From NCBI GenBank assembly GCA_965203805.1, contig OZ241917.1, positions 1,760,001-1,824,000 on the forward strand: a DNA stretch of 64,000 bases. Direction: 5' to 3'. A program made the position numbers and the translations under genes. Source of the DNA: Candidatus Latescibacterota bacterium (GTDB lineage: Bacteria; Latescibacterota; UBA2968; GCA-2709665). The stretch's first letter is position 1, and each line of letters starts with the position of its first letter. Shown here in pieces: positions 10,119-19,692 of the stretch. The notes under the pieces are model-generated. The model did not search any database. It saw nothing but the letters and a program-made list of their open reading frames with translations, and had not been told where the DNA came from.

Positions 10119-10310
10119 CTATTCCGCCAATGGCAAAACGGGTTGCCGTCTCAGGTTCGCCTTTCGCGAGAGATACTCGGTTATCGCCTCACGGACAAGC
10201 TCAGCCTTGGGTTTGTCCTCTTCGCGAGATACAGTTTCGAGATCTTCAAGCTGGGAAAGCGTCAAATAACAGTTAAACGGGATCTTTCTGTCGGAGATTC
10301 TACGTGCCAT
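10119..10310 (-). CDS. Ribbon-helix-helix (CopG-like) DNA-binding protein
   Basis: 63 aa: FNCYLT strand, then LEDLETVSREEDKPKAELVREAITEYL; AAGGAG RBS. Confidence 0.75.
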   Translation of the reverse strand: MARRISDRKIPFNCYLTLSQLEDLETVSREEDKPKAELVREAITEYLSRKANLRRQPVLPLAE

Positions 10311-10358
10311 ATTGTCCTCTCCTTGCTAGACCTGGGGAGTTTCACGCGAGCATCTGAA

Positions 10359-10387
10359 AATATACCATATATGTTGCAATATGTCAA
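10359..10387 (-). promoter_or_regulatory. Sigma70 promoter for the RHH-MTase operon, overlapping operator-like repeats
   Basis: TTGACA-17 bp-TATATT with extended TG; ACATAT twice 10 bp apart and a CATATATG palindrome. Confidence 0.7.
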
Positions 10388-10480
10388 TCGGATACGATGG
10401 TTATCAATACTGGCCTAACCTGTTAATTTCATTGCATTTTTCGGATTCTATGTCTATTTTCCGTCGTTCGTTTCGCGCCC

Positions 10481-11878
10481 ATGGTATCCCCCATTGGTGA
10501 TATGACCCGAAAAACCGCCGCCGGACTGATTCTGGCCGTCCTTCTGCCGCTGATCGTCGTGCTGTATCCGGCCGACATCGGCGCCGTGCCCCGCATGGCA
10601 CTGGCCCTCTCCCTCGCCACGGTCGTGCTGTGGACCTTCGAGCCGGTCCCCCTCGAATACAGTTCATTGCTGATGATCGTCCTCTTCCCCGTCCTCGGCG
10701 TCCTCACGTTCGAAACCGCCTTCGGGCCCTTCTCGAGCAAGACCGTCTGGCTCATCTTCGCGGGCATGGCCCTCAGCCTGGGCATCACCGAAACCCCGCT
10801 GGGATCCCGGCTCTCCCGACTGGTGCTGGGACACATCCGGAGTCTGAACGGGCTCATCCTGGCGCTCCACGTCCTGGGCATGCTCTCCGCGCTTCTCATA
10901 CCTTCGGGGGTCGTACGGATCCTGATCCTCATGCCCCTCATCATCACCCTGCTCCGGACGCTGGGCGAACCGCCCGGATCGCGGGTGAGTGTCGCGCTGA
11001 TCCTCTCCCTGGTCTGTTCCACCTACTACGGCGGTACCGGTGTGCTTACGGCCTCCGTGCCGAGCCTGGTGGTTTTCGGCGTTCTGGAATCCCGGGACAT
11101 CTCCGTTTACTGGGGACAGTGGGCGCTGTATCTCTTTCCGGTCTTCTCCCTCTGCCGGGTCGCGTGCTGTTACGGGCTGATCCGCCTGTTATTGCCACTT
11201 GGACGTGAGTCGGGTTTCCAGATTGCACTCGACGACGCCGGCGATATCCCCGATCGCGTCACGCCTGCAGAGAAGAAAACCCTTTGCATCCTGCTCGCGG
11301 GCGTACTGCTGTGGGCGACCGATGCGATTCACGGCATCCATCCGGCCTACGTGGGCCTCGGACTGGTTCTGTTCTGTTATCTTCCCGGATTGGGACCCCT
11401 GCATCCGGACCTGCTGAAAAAGATCAACTTTCCTCTGCTCATCTACATCGCCGCCGCGTTCTCCGTCGGCCATGCCCTCGAAACCACCGGTTTCAGCCCC
11501 CTGCTTGCCAATCTGTTTACGGAGTGGCTGAGTCGGGTCGACGACAGTCTGCTGGTCCAACTCGGTCTGCTCTCAGCCTTCATCCTGCCCTTCAATTTTC
11601 TGGCGGACACGGCCGCGGTTGCCGCCATCCTCACCCCGGTGCTCCTGGACGTCGCCGCTCAGACCGGCATGGCGCCGCTTCCCGCCGCGCTCTGCATGGC
11701 CATCGTCGCCAGTTGCGGCTTCTTTCCGTACCAGGCGGCGCCGTTCATCCTGGCCTACAGCTTTCGCTACGTACATATGGGCCAGTTTATCCGGCTCATG
11801 GTTCTCCTCGCGCTGGTCTCCCTCCTGGTTCTCATCCCGCTCAACTTCCTTTATTGGCGGCTTTTGGGGCTGATCTGA
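10481..11878 (+). CDS. SLC13/DASS family anion (di/tricarboxylate or sulfate) transporter
   Basis: Multiple TM helices; LIPSGVVR, LTASVPS, LLWATDAIHG, FFPYQAAP motifs. Confidence 0.8.
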   Translation: MVSPIGDMTRKTAAGLILAVLLPLIVVLYPADIGAVPRMALALSLATVVLWTFEPVPLEYSSLLMIVLFPVLGVLTFETAFGPFSSKTVWLIFAGMALSLGITETPLGSRLSRLVLGHIRSLNGLILALHVLGMLSALLIPSGVVRILILMPLIITLLRTLGEPPGSRVSVALILSLVCSTYYGGTGVLTASVPSLVVFGVLESRDISVYWGQWALYLFPVFSLCRVACCYGLIRLLLPLGRESGFQIALDDAGDIPDRVTPAEKKTLCILLAGVLLWATDAIHGIHPAYVGLGLVLFCYLPGLGPLHPDLLKKINFPLLIYIAAAFSVGHALETTGFSPLLANLFTEWLSRVDDSLLVQLGLLSAFILPFNFLADTAAVAAILTPVLLDVAAQTGMAPLPAALCMAIVASCGFFPYQAAPFILAYSFRYVHMGQFIRLMVLLALVSLLVLIPLNFLYWRLLGLI

Positions 11879-11947
11879 AAGCCAGGTTGAAAACGACGTC
11901 TCGTGCGGCCCCGGAACTGCCGAAACCGGCCGAATTTCCATTACCGC

Positions 11948-11976
11948 TTGACAAGACCGGAATCTTCGGGTACTAT
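11948..11976 (+). promoter_or_regulatory. Sigma70 promoter upstream of the iorA-like gene
   Basis: TTGACA-17 bp-TACTAT. Confidence 0.65.
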
Positions 11977-12022
11977 CGGGGTTCCGTCTGCAGTCATGTC
12001 AATTTCCCATGGAGAAATCCTG

Positions 12023-13639
12023 ATGAATGCACTGCAAATCAATGGCGACACGGCACTGGCCTGGGGCGCGATCGAGGCAGGCGTCAGTTGCGTGACCGGA
12101 TATCCCGGTTCGCCGGGTACAGGCACCTTTTCCGCGCTCGCAGACACCGCAGGCGAATACGGCCACGATGCCGAATGGTGTCTGAACGAACGCATCGCAC
12201 TCGACGTTGCCGCGGGCGTCTCCCAGGGCGGCCGCCGCGTGCTCGTGTGCATGAAGAGCGTGGGTATGAACGTGGCGCTGGACACCCTCATGGTTCTGAA
12301 CATGACCGGCGTACACGCCGGTCTGGTCATCCTGATGGGCGACGATCCCGGGGCGTGGGGGTCACAGAATGAGCAGGACGGCCGTTTCTTCGCCCCCCTC
12401 GCCGAAGTCCCCATGCTCGAGCCCGCGACGCCGGAGGAGGGCCGGCGCATGATGCGCTGGGCTTTCGACTTCTCGGAATCGTTCCGGACGGTCGTCATCC
12501 TTCGCATCACGCGGAGCTTCAGCGTGTGCCAGGACGAACAGCCGCCCGTCCGCAGGCCCGCTGCCAGGCCGACGCGGGCGCCCGACAGGGAACCGATGCG
12601 CTGGATTTCGTCCCTGTCCAACTGTATACCCAATCACGTCAGGCTCCATCGAAAACTGCAGGAAATCTCGGAGTCGTTCGAGCGTGTGCCCTTCAACCGA
12701 ATCGAGGGCGCCGGAGACCTCGGCGTCATCGCGTCCGGATTCGTCCACCGCAAACTTCAGGACGCGCTGGAAGGCGCGGATTCCTCGAGACTCGCATGCC
12801 TGAAACTCGGCTCTCTCTACCCGCTGCCGGGAAGCCTGATTTTGGATTTTCTCAATCAGTGCAGTCAGGTGCTGGTACTCGAAGAAGTGGACCCGTATCT
12901 CGAAGACAGCGTCAAGACCATTGGATACGACGCTGGCGTCACCCCGAAAGTTATCGGCAAACGCAGCGGTCATGTCCCGGGAGAAGGTGAACTCTTCCGA
13001 TGGCAGATGCAGAACGCGTTGAAGGCGCATCTGCCGGACCTTGCGCCATCGCGCGTTTACACCGAGGCGGGCTGGCAGGAAGAAAAGCCGTACCGGAAGT
13101 CACACTGCGCCGGCTGCCCCTACAATGACATCCTCGCCGCATTGCGCGAAGAGGCGGCCGCGCTGGACCAGAATCCATTCCTCACCGCCGATCCGGGTTG
13201 CGTCGTGATAGCGGCGCGTCACCTCGACACCAAGCTGTGTATGGGATCCGCCATTGGCGCAGCCGTAGGTCTAAGGAAGGCCGGGGTGCGGGAACGCGTT
13301 GTCGCCATCACCGGGGACTCGGCTTTCTACCATAGCAGCATCAACGCTTTGATCCACGCCAGATCAGTCGGCGCCGACGTGCTCCTGGTGGTGCTCGACA
13401 ACGCCGGTTCACTCACGACCGGCGGCCAACCCACGCCCGATCGAGGCGTCCCGGTCGACGGAAACCCCGGACCGGTTGTCGGCATCAACGACCTGGCGGC
13501 GGCATGCGGGGTCGGGTCGGTCTGGACGGTCGAAGAGGCAGATCCCGAATCTCGCATGCGCAGTATCTTCCGCGAAGCCCTGCAGACCGAAGGTCTCGGC
13601 CTGGTGACCATACGAAAGCGTTGCGAAGCGGTGGACTGA
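12023..13639 (+). CDS. iorA: Indolepyruvate:ferredoxin oxidoreductase alpha-like TPP enzyme
   Basis: GYPGSP, LNERIALDVA, MKSVGMNVALD, DDPG, CAGCP, GDSAFYHS...LDN; GGAG RBS before ATG 12023. Confidence 0.8.
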   Translation: MNALQINGDTALAWGAIEAGVSCVTGYPGSPGTGTFSALADTAGEYGHDAEWCLNERIALDVAAGVSQGGRRVLVCMKSVGMNVALDTLMVLNMTGVHAGLVILMGDDPGAWGSQNEQDGRFFAPLAEVPMLEPATPEEGRRMMRWAFDFSESFRTVVILRITRSFSVCQDEQPPVRRPAARPTRAPDREPMRWISSLSNCIPNHVRLHRKLQEISESFERVPFNRIEGAGDLGVIASGFVHRKLQDALEGADSSRLACLKLGSLYPLPGSLILDFLNQCSQVLVLEEVDPYLEDSVKTIGYDAGVTPKVIGKRSGHVPGEGELFRWQMQNALKAHLPDLAPSRVYTEAGWQEEKPYRKSHCAGCPYNDILAALREEAAALDQNPFLTADPGCVVIAARHLDTKLCMGSAIGAAVGLRKAGVRERVVAITGDSAFYHSSINALIHARSVGADVLLVVLDNAGSLTTGGQPTPDRGVPVDGNPGPVVGINDLAAACGVGSVWTVEEADPESRMRSIFREALQTEGLGLVTIRKRCEAVD

Positions 13640-13730
13640 AGCGCTGATTTAGAATCCCCAGCGGTCTTCACGCGGCTTCAACGCAAAAAAGGGTTCATCC
13701 GGGACTTTGCGTTTCCCGAAAGAACCCTAT

Positions 13731-13834
13731 CAGCCCGTTGATAAAGTCCATCCGGGCTGCGTCCGGCCCTTGTGACCGAAATACGGCGTTGCGCTCCCTC
13801 CCCGAATCCAGGGATTCGCGTCGGTCACGCGCCT
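13731..13834 (+). mobile_element. MITE family A, truncated copy (left part)
   Basis: Near-identical to 20185-20288 and to the reverse complement of 49676-49779. Confidence 0.8.
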
Positions 13835-13858
13835 GTCCTGACCTGCTGTGTCGTCCCT

Positions 13859-14440
13859 CTATCGGAATTCCAGAGAAGACGCGATTGAACGGTATTCATC
13901 GACGGGAAAGGCGGCGGACGTCCCGTTGCCCATCATCAGATAAGCCTTCCGCCCGTCCAACACGACAGTAACGAAGAACCGGTCCCCTCGCCGACGAAGA
14001 AACACGGTCCGGAAGACCCACTCGATGCCGTCGCGCCCCGATATCTGAAACGTGCGTTTCTCCTGAGCCCTGTACCCCAGAAACGTGGACTTGAACTCCT
14101 CTTCCAGCTCGGCGGTAACCGTCTGAAGCGTCGAATTCTCCGAAAGCGCGCGGGGCCGTAACGTCAACACCGCCTCAAATCCGCCAATCGCCTCGCGATT
14201 CATAACGACTTCGACTCTGGGCAATCCGTTCGGCTCCCGGGCCTGAAAGGACGTTTGCGCCGTCCAGCCCCAGACATCCGGGACCGTAATCCGGAATCCC
14301 CATTCATCGTTGGAGTACACACGCCCGCCGTCGGATTCGGTCGTCGGATTATTGGCGGTGTCCTCCGGGATTGGACCGCAACCGAATATCGCGGCAACGG
14401 ATACGAAGCAGAACCAGCCAATGGTACGGTGTTGGAACAT
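13859..14440 (-). CDS. Lipoprotein, PsbP-like fold
   Basis: Signal peptide with lipobox IFGC; YSNDEWGFRITVPDVW. Confidence 0.65.
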   Translation of the reverse strand: MFQHRTIGWFCFVSVAAIFGCGPIPEDTANNPTTESDGGRVYSNDEWGFRITVPDVWGWTAQTSFQAREPNGLPRVEVVMNREAIGGFEAVLTLRPRALSENSTLQTVTAELEEEFKSTFLGYRAQEKRTFQISGRDGIEWVFRTVFLRRRGDRFFVTVVLDGRKAYLMMGNGTSAAFPVDEYRSIASSLEFR

Positions 14441-14658
14441 GCCGCCCGCCTTCCTCTGCGCGAAACGCATGGCTACCGCAGGGTTCTCTGTTATTTGATT
14501 CGATGTCCCGCCAGGCGGAATCCCGAACCCGTTCGGCCGACGCGTCACGACCAGGACCGTCGAGTGAATGCCAGGATACCGGACCCCGCTGTCCCGACAA
14601 TCTATGCGGCTCTCTGCAATCCTGGCCGTCATCGGCACGCGGGTCTGATCGGGACCTG

Positions 14659-15336
14659 TCAGTGCACGATGCCCAGGCGCCTCCATCGGACTTTTCCGAA
14701 CGGGTTCCAGAGGGGGGCGCTGGAATTCCAGGAAAAATAGATCAGAAGCGGATGGGCCTTCACCTTGTCGAGTGATACCGGCCCCCAGAACCTGCTGTCG
14801 TCGCTGTTGTCCCGGTTATCCCCCATCACGAACAAATATCCGGGCGGCACCGTATAAGGCCCGTAGTTGTCTCGGGTGCTGTACCGTTTTGGCTCGGTCC
14901 GCCGGTCCATGAACTTCACCCCATCGGGATTCATAAACGGTTTGCCGTCGACGTAAACCACCTTGTTTCTGATCTCGACCGTCTGCCCCCCCACGGCGAT
15001 ACATCGCTTGATGAAGTCCCTTGACTGATCCTTCGGATATTCGAAAATCACCATATCACCGGGTTTCGGAGAACGAAAACCCGGCAGCCGAAAGGAGGGC
15101 AGCTTGTAATTCAGAACGGGCAGACGATCCGGAATCTGCGTACCGAACGTCAGCTTGTCTCCGAGAACGTAGTCGCCCTCCATCAACGTGTTCTCCATGG
15201 AACCTGACGGGATGTGATAGGCCTGCACCAGCGTTGCCCGGATCAATACAGCCAGAAAAACGGCAAAAAAGATCGACTTCAGATAATCGACCAGAATTCG
15301 TCCTGGACGTGGCCGGCGGCGGCGCAGTGACTTCAT
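14659..15336 (-). CDS. lepB: Signal peptidase I
   Basis: IPSGSMENTL, DFIKRCIA, GDNRDNSDDSRFWG. Confidence 0.95.
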   Translation of the reverse strand: MKSLRRRRPRPGRILVDYLKSIFFAVFLAVLIRATLVQAYHIPSGSMENTLMEGDYVLGDKLTFGTQIPDRLPVLNYKLPSFRLPGFRSPKPGDMVIFEYPKDQSRDFIKRCIAVGGQTVEIRNKVVYVDGKPFMNPDGVKFMDRRTEPKRYSTRDNYGPYTVPPGYLFVMGDNRDNSDDSRFWGPVSLDKVKAHPLLIYFSWNSSAPLWNPFGKVRWRRLGIVH

Positions 15337-15443
15337 GGGTCAACCTCCAGATCGTTCCAATGCCGGAAACACGGGCGGGCAGCGTCAGTAAATCCGCATG
15401 TTTACACGCGGAAACGTGCGCCAGGTTCCGACCTGCCTCAGTG

Positions 15444-16418
15444 TCAAGCCGAGAAATACGGGACTTCGGGCCGTCCGCTTTCGGCGGACCGGTTGGCCGC
15501 AAGTGTCACGTCGAGCGAACGGACGCCGTCCTCGTAATCCGAAAGAACGGCCGACCCGTCGCCCGAACGAACGGCATCGATGAAAACCTCGTCGATATCT
15601 CCCAGATCACGCTGAACGGGGCCCGGGTCTGCCGCGGTCTGCGGATGCACGACCAGGCCATCCGGCCCGAACTCCGCCCGCATGTCATTCAGTATAAATG
15701 ACATGAGCCCGGTTCCGCCTCCATTCCGAAACGTGCACGTGGACGTCAGCGAACCGATGGCGCCCGTCTCGAACTTCAGATTGATCGCGTGCACATCCGG
15801 AATGTCCAGGTCATCCTCATCGTCCAGGGTACGCAATGCGTAGTAGGCGTGCACTTCCGACACCTCACCCACGAGATAGCGAAGCAGATCCACCTGGTGG
15901 GTGGTTTGCTCGACGATCTGTCCGCCCGATTGTGACATCACCCGCCACCACGGCGTACCCGGCAGCCCGCCCCATCTGTGAACAGCGGTCATCCCGATCG
16001 TCCGGCCCGTCAGAAACGCCTTCGCCTGCTGTGCGATGCCGGTATAGCGCAACTGATATCCCACGCAGGACAGGACGCCCGCCTCCCGCACGGCCGACAG
16101 TATTTCGAGGGCCTTCTCCATTGACGGCGCTACGGGTTTTTCCACGAAGAGATGCACGCCGCGCTGCACTGCCAGAATTTCCGCGTCGGTATGTGCAAAC
16201 GTGGGAACGCTCACATAAAGGGCGCACAGCGATTCGCTGTCCAGCATCTTCCGATGGTCGGTATACGCCTTCGCGCCGAATTCGCCGGCCACACGCTCCG
16301 CGGTTTCCGCCACCACGTCGCATATCGCCACGATTTTCACATCCTCCATCCCCCGCAAAACCCGCATATGGGATCTCGCACGACCGCCTGCGCCAACAAA
16401 CCCTACATGAATTGCCAA
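15444..16418 (-). CDS. Gfo/Idh/MocA oxidoreductase
   Basis: GFVGAGG, HLFVEKPVA, SGGQIVEQTTHQVD. Confidence 0.92.
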   Translation of the reverse strand: MAIHVGFVGAGGRARSHMRVLRGMEDVKIVAICDVVAETAERVAGEFGAKAYTDHRKMLDSESLCALYVSVPTFAHTDAEILAVQRGVHLFVEKPVAPSMEKALEILSAVREAGVLSCVGYQLRYTGIAQQAKAFLTGRTIGMTAVHRWGGLPGTPWWRVMSQSGGQIVEQTTHQVDLLRYLVGEVSEVHAYYALRTLDDEDDLDIPDVHAINLKFETGAIGSLTSTCTFRNGGGTGLMSFILNDMRAEFGPDGLVVHPQTAADPGPVQRDLGDIDEVFIDAVRSGDGSAVLSDYEDGVRSLDVTLAANRSAESGRPEVPYFSA

Positions 16419-16437
16419 AACACCTCCCGGATGTGAG

Positions 16438-16770
16438 AGTGTCCAGTGTTCTTTCCCGGATACAAGTCGCCTGAATTCGGCCGTCGAGTCGCCCGGCTCG
16501 CATCCTTCGACCCTTCGACAAGCTCAGGGACCGCAGGCTCAGGACCCAGCGCCGGAGCGCAGGCGACCTGGCACGGTCGATGAGCGACGGCACTTCGGCA
16601 AGCTCAGTGCAAGCAACGTCGACAGACGGGATGAATCGGCCTGCCTGCAGCGCCTGTCTGCGTGCCTGCCTGCAGCGCAGGGCACTGCGCAGGCAGGCGT
16701 ACACGCACAGGCAGGCAGGGCACTGCGCAGGCAGGCGGAAGAATGGTGAGGTATTTTTGGAACAGGGCAC
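16438..16770 (+). repeat. Repeat family B copy 1 with nested REP-like palindromes
   Basis: Shares GCAAGCAACGTCGACAGACGGGATGAATCGG...TGAGGTATTTTTGG with 18040-18215; contains CTTCGACAAGCTCAG and multiple CCTGCCTGC/GCAGGCAGG. Confidence 0.75.
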
Positions 16771-16929
16771 CGAGCCCTGAAATTACCCTGCCAGGACTTG
16801 CGCTGTCAAGCAAATTCATCATGACCGGCAACCTCACGCGCCTGCTTTTGTCTTTGAATTATTCCGTACGGATAACTAACTTACCCGCTCCAATCATACC
16901 CCAAGACCTGACGGAAGAGGGTTTATCCC

Positions 16930-17970
16930 ATGCGAGTCGAGGACCTGGACACGCCGGCACTCACCATCGATTTCGACATCCTTCTCAAGAACATCGGCGA
17001 CCTCGCGGAATCCTGCCGCCGGCATGAAATCGCGTTGCGCGTACATACCAAGACCCACAAGATTCCGGAAATCGCCCGTCTGCAGCTTGAAGCCGGCGCC
17101 ATTGGCATTGTCTGTCAGAAGCTGGGAGAAGCGGAAGTCATGGTCGACGCGGGAATTTCCGACATTCTCATTCCCTACAACATCGTCGGCGCCCGAAAGG
17201 TGGAACGCCTTGTCCGACTCCATGAACGGGCAACCATAACGGTAGCCCTGGACTCCGAAACGACGGCACGCGGCATCTCCGAACAGGCACGCAAACCGGA
17301 AATACCCGTTCTGATCGAACTGGATACCGGCGGGCGCCGATGCGGTGTTCAGTCGCCCGAAGCCGCACTGGAACTCGCGCGCAAAGTCGTTGCGCTTCCC
17401 GGCCTCCACTTCCAGGGCATCATGACCTATCCCAGCCGACGGGAGGCGGAACCCTTTCTGTTGCGTACACGGACACTGCTGGAGGACGCCGGCATTCCGG
17501 TCGCCACGGTGAGTGGAGGCGGAACCGGAAGCGAAGCCGTCTCAAAGCAGATCGGTTGCACCGAAACCCGGATCGGCTCCTACGTTTTCGAAGGAATGCA
17601 CCGCATCAACCACACGGACAACCCCCCGAACCCGACAACCTGCGCCGAACGCGTGATCGTGACCGTGGTCAGCACACCCACACCTGAACGCATTATTGTG
17701 GACGGCGGCCAGAAAACCTTTACGAGCTATCCACCCACCCCGTACGGATACGTCGTGGAACACCCCGGCGCGAGGATATACGGCATGTCGGTGGAACACG
17801 GCCACATCGACGCCAGTGCGTGCGACCATACGTTTCAGGTAGGGGAACGCCTTTCGGTTGTTCCCCTACACCAGGGAATGACGACCAACCTGCACGACGT
17901 CGCCTATGCCGTAAGGAACGGCGTCGTGCAGGCCGTCTGGACCGTTGCCGGACGCGGCAGGGCGCAGTAG
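16930..17970 (+). CDS. DSD1/D-threonine aldolase-family PLP enzyme (alanine racemase fold)
   Basis: DTPAL, LRVHTKTHK, CQKLGEAE, SGGGTG, SVEHG. Confidence 0.9.
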   Translation: MRVEDLDTPALTIDFDILLKNIGDLAESCRRHEIALRVHTKTHKIPEIARLQLEAGAIGIVCQKLGEAEVMVDAGISDILIPYNIVGARKVERLVRLHERATITVALDSETTARGISEQARKPEIPVLIELDTGGRRCGVQSPEAALELARKVVALPGLHFQGIMTYPSRREAEPFLLRTRTLLEDAGIPVATVSGGGTGSEAVSKQIGCTETRIGSYVFEGMHRINHTDNPPNPTTCAERVIVTVVSTPTPERIIVDGGQKTFTSYPPTPYGYVVEHPGARIYGMSVEHGHIDASACDHTFQVGERLSVVPLHQGMTTNLHDVAYAVRNGVVQAVWTVAGRGRAQ

Positions 17971-18039
17971 ATAACCAGATTGAGACCACAGCCCCGTTCA
18001 TGACCCGGGCCGGGACCGGATTGACCGACACGGCCCGTT

Positions 18040-18216
18040 CCGGCAGGCGACCTGGCACGGTCGATGAGCGATGGCACTTCGGCAAGCTTGCTTCGACATG
18101 CTCAGCACCGGCAGTGCAAGCAACGTCGACAGACGGGATGAATCGGCCTGCCTGCAGCGCAGGGTACTGCGCAGGCAGGCGGAAGAATGGTGAGGTATTT
18201 TTGGGACAGGACACTA
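18040..18216 (+). repeat. Repeat family B copy 2
   Basis: Aligns with 16558-16770; ends CAGGACACTA. Confidence 0.75.
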
Positions 18217-18234
18217 AATTCAAGGAGTTCTGAT

Positions 18235-19128
18235 ATGCGTCAAGTACAGTGGGAACGCATGTTCCCGGACCAACTGGATGCCGCTTTCGATGACTGCCCG
18301 CTCGTTTACTTCCCGTACGGCCTTTGCGAACCCCACGGTCCGCACGACGCGGTCGGCCTGGATGCCCTCAAGGCGCACGGCATCGCCTGTGAGTCCGCGC
18401 GCGCACACGGGGGTATTGTGGCCCCGCCGGATTACTGGCATATTCACGAACTTGGCGGGTACGCGCTGTGGCTCGAGCGTACCGTTGGACCGGTCAGACG
18501 TTCCTGGATGACCTGCATCCCGCCTTGGCAGCACTTCAAGAACATCTGCTACCACATCCGCATGGCGGACCACCTCGGCTTCCACGCCGCCATTTTTTTA
18601 ACGGGACATTACGGCCCCAACTGGAAGGATCTCAAAACGCTCATCGGCCTGGTGCAGCCCCACGTGGGCACCAGGCTCTGCGGCCTGCCGGACCACGAAG
18701 CCAACCAGCCGGGTTTCGACAACGACGGGCGAAGCGGCGGCGACCACGCCGGAAAGGTCGAAACTTCGCTTCTGTGGGCACTCCACCCGGACTGTGTGGA
18801 CCTCTCACGGCTGCCGCCCGAAGACGCTCCCGGACCCCATTTCGCGATGGGACCCACGGTCAGGCAGTCAGACCGCCGCGTTGGCGAGCGCATGGTGGCA
18901 GACGAAGTCCGATGGCTGGGCGAGAAGGCGCAGGAACTGCTGGACGAATACGAGGAGGAAAACCCGACCCACAAGCTACAGACCTACGAAGACGTGGAAG
19001 TCCTCTGGGAGACCGTGATTCGCCCCTCTCTCGCCGGTTTCGAGACCATGCAGGACAGCTGGACCGAGGAAGCCCTTCCCGAGACTTCCACCTGGTATCC
19101 CAACTGGCGGGTGCCGCGGCGGGGATAG
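18235..19128 (+). CDS. Creatininase family amidohydrolase
   Basis: GLCEPHGPH.AVGLD, TGHYG, GDHAGKVETS; AGGAG RBS. Confidence 0.88.
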   Translation: MRQVQWERMFPDQLDAAFDDCPLVYFPYGLCEPHGPHDAVGLDALKAHGIACESARAHGGIVAPPDYWHIHELGGYALWLERTVGPVRRSWMTCIPPWQHFKNICYHIRMADHLGFHAAIFLTGHYGPNWKDLKTLIGLVQPHVGTRLCGLPDHEANQPGFDNDGRSGGDHAGKVETSLLWALHPDCVDLSRLPPEDAPGPHFAMGPTVRQSDRRVGERMVADEVRWLGEKAQELLDEYEEENPTHKLQTYEDVEVLWETVIRPSLAGFETMQDSWTEEALPETSTWYPNWRVPRRG

Positions 19129-19134
19129 GCACGC

Positions 19135-19214
19135 GGGATGCGCGTCGGTCGCGCGCCTTGTCTTCGGCCACAATGACTCGGCCTCGCCTGCAGAGCGGCT
19201 TCTTCAACGGACTG
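19135..19214 (+). mobile_element. MITE family A, truncated copy (right part)
   Basis: Matches the reverse complement of 49620-49700; ends TTCAACGGACTG. Confidence 0.8.
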
Positions 19215-19592
19215 TTACCGTTCCAGCAGTTCGATCTCGTAGCCGTCCGGGTCGTCCACAAAGGCCATTTTCCGTCCGGTCGGAAACGTCTCACGCCAAT
19301 CTCCGGGCCAGATTTCAATGCCCTTGTTCTCAAGCCCGTCGCAAAACGCGATGAGGTCCGGCACGCCGATAGCAAGATGCATCAGATCCTCGGGCACGTT
19401 CAGCTCGTAGTCTTCCGACCAGGTCAGTTCGAGCGTATGGGCGTTGCCAGGCAACTCCAGGTGCATAATCTGGTTTCCCGCCGGGGACTTCTCCGACCTG
19501 CTCTTCACCACGAAACCAAAATGGTCGCAGTAGAATGCCGACGACCGGTCCAGGTCGTTTACCCGAATCCTGGTATGGAGAAATACCGCCAT
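19215..19592 (-). CDS. VOC/glyoxalase family protein
   Basis: FLHTRIRVNDLDRS, HLAIGV, FVDDPDGYEIELLE. Confidence 0.9.
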   Translation of the reverse strand: MAVFLHTRIRVNDLDRSSAFYCDHFGFVVKSRSEKSPAGNQIMHLELPGNAHTLELTWSEDYELNVPEDLMHLAIGVPDLIAFCDGLENKGIEIWPGDWRETFPTGRKMAFVDDPDGYEIELLER

Positions 19593-19692
19593 CTCAGGCT
19601 CCTTTCTGCAGATCATCATCCGCCGGACCCGGGGACCATAAAAAAAGACAGCCATTAGCTGCCCCCGTACCCGCACCTTCGGTCCCTGCCAT

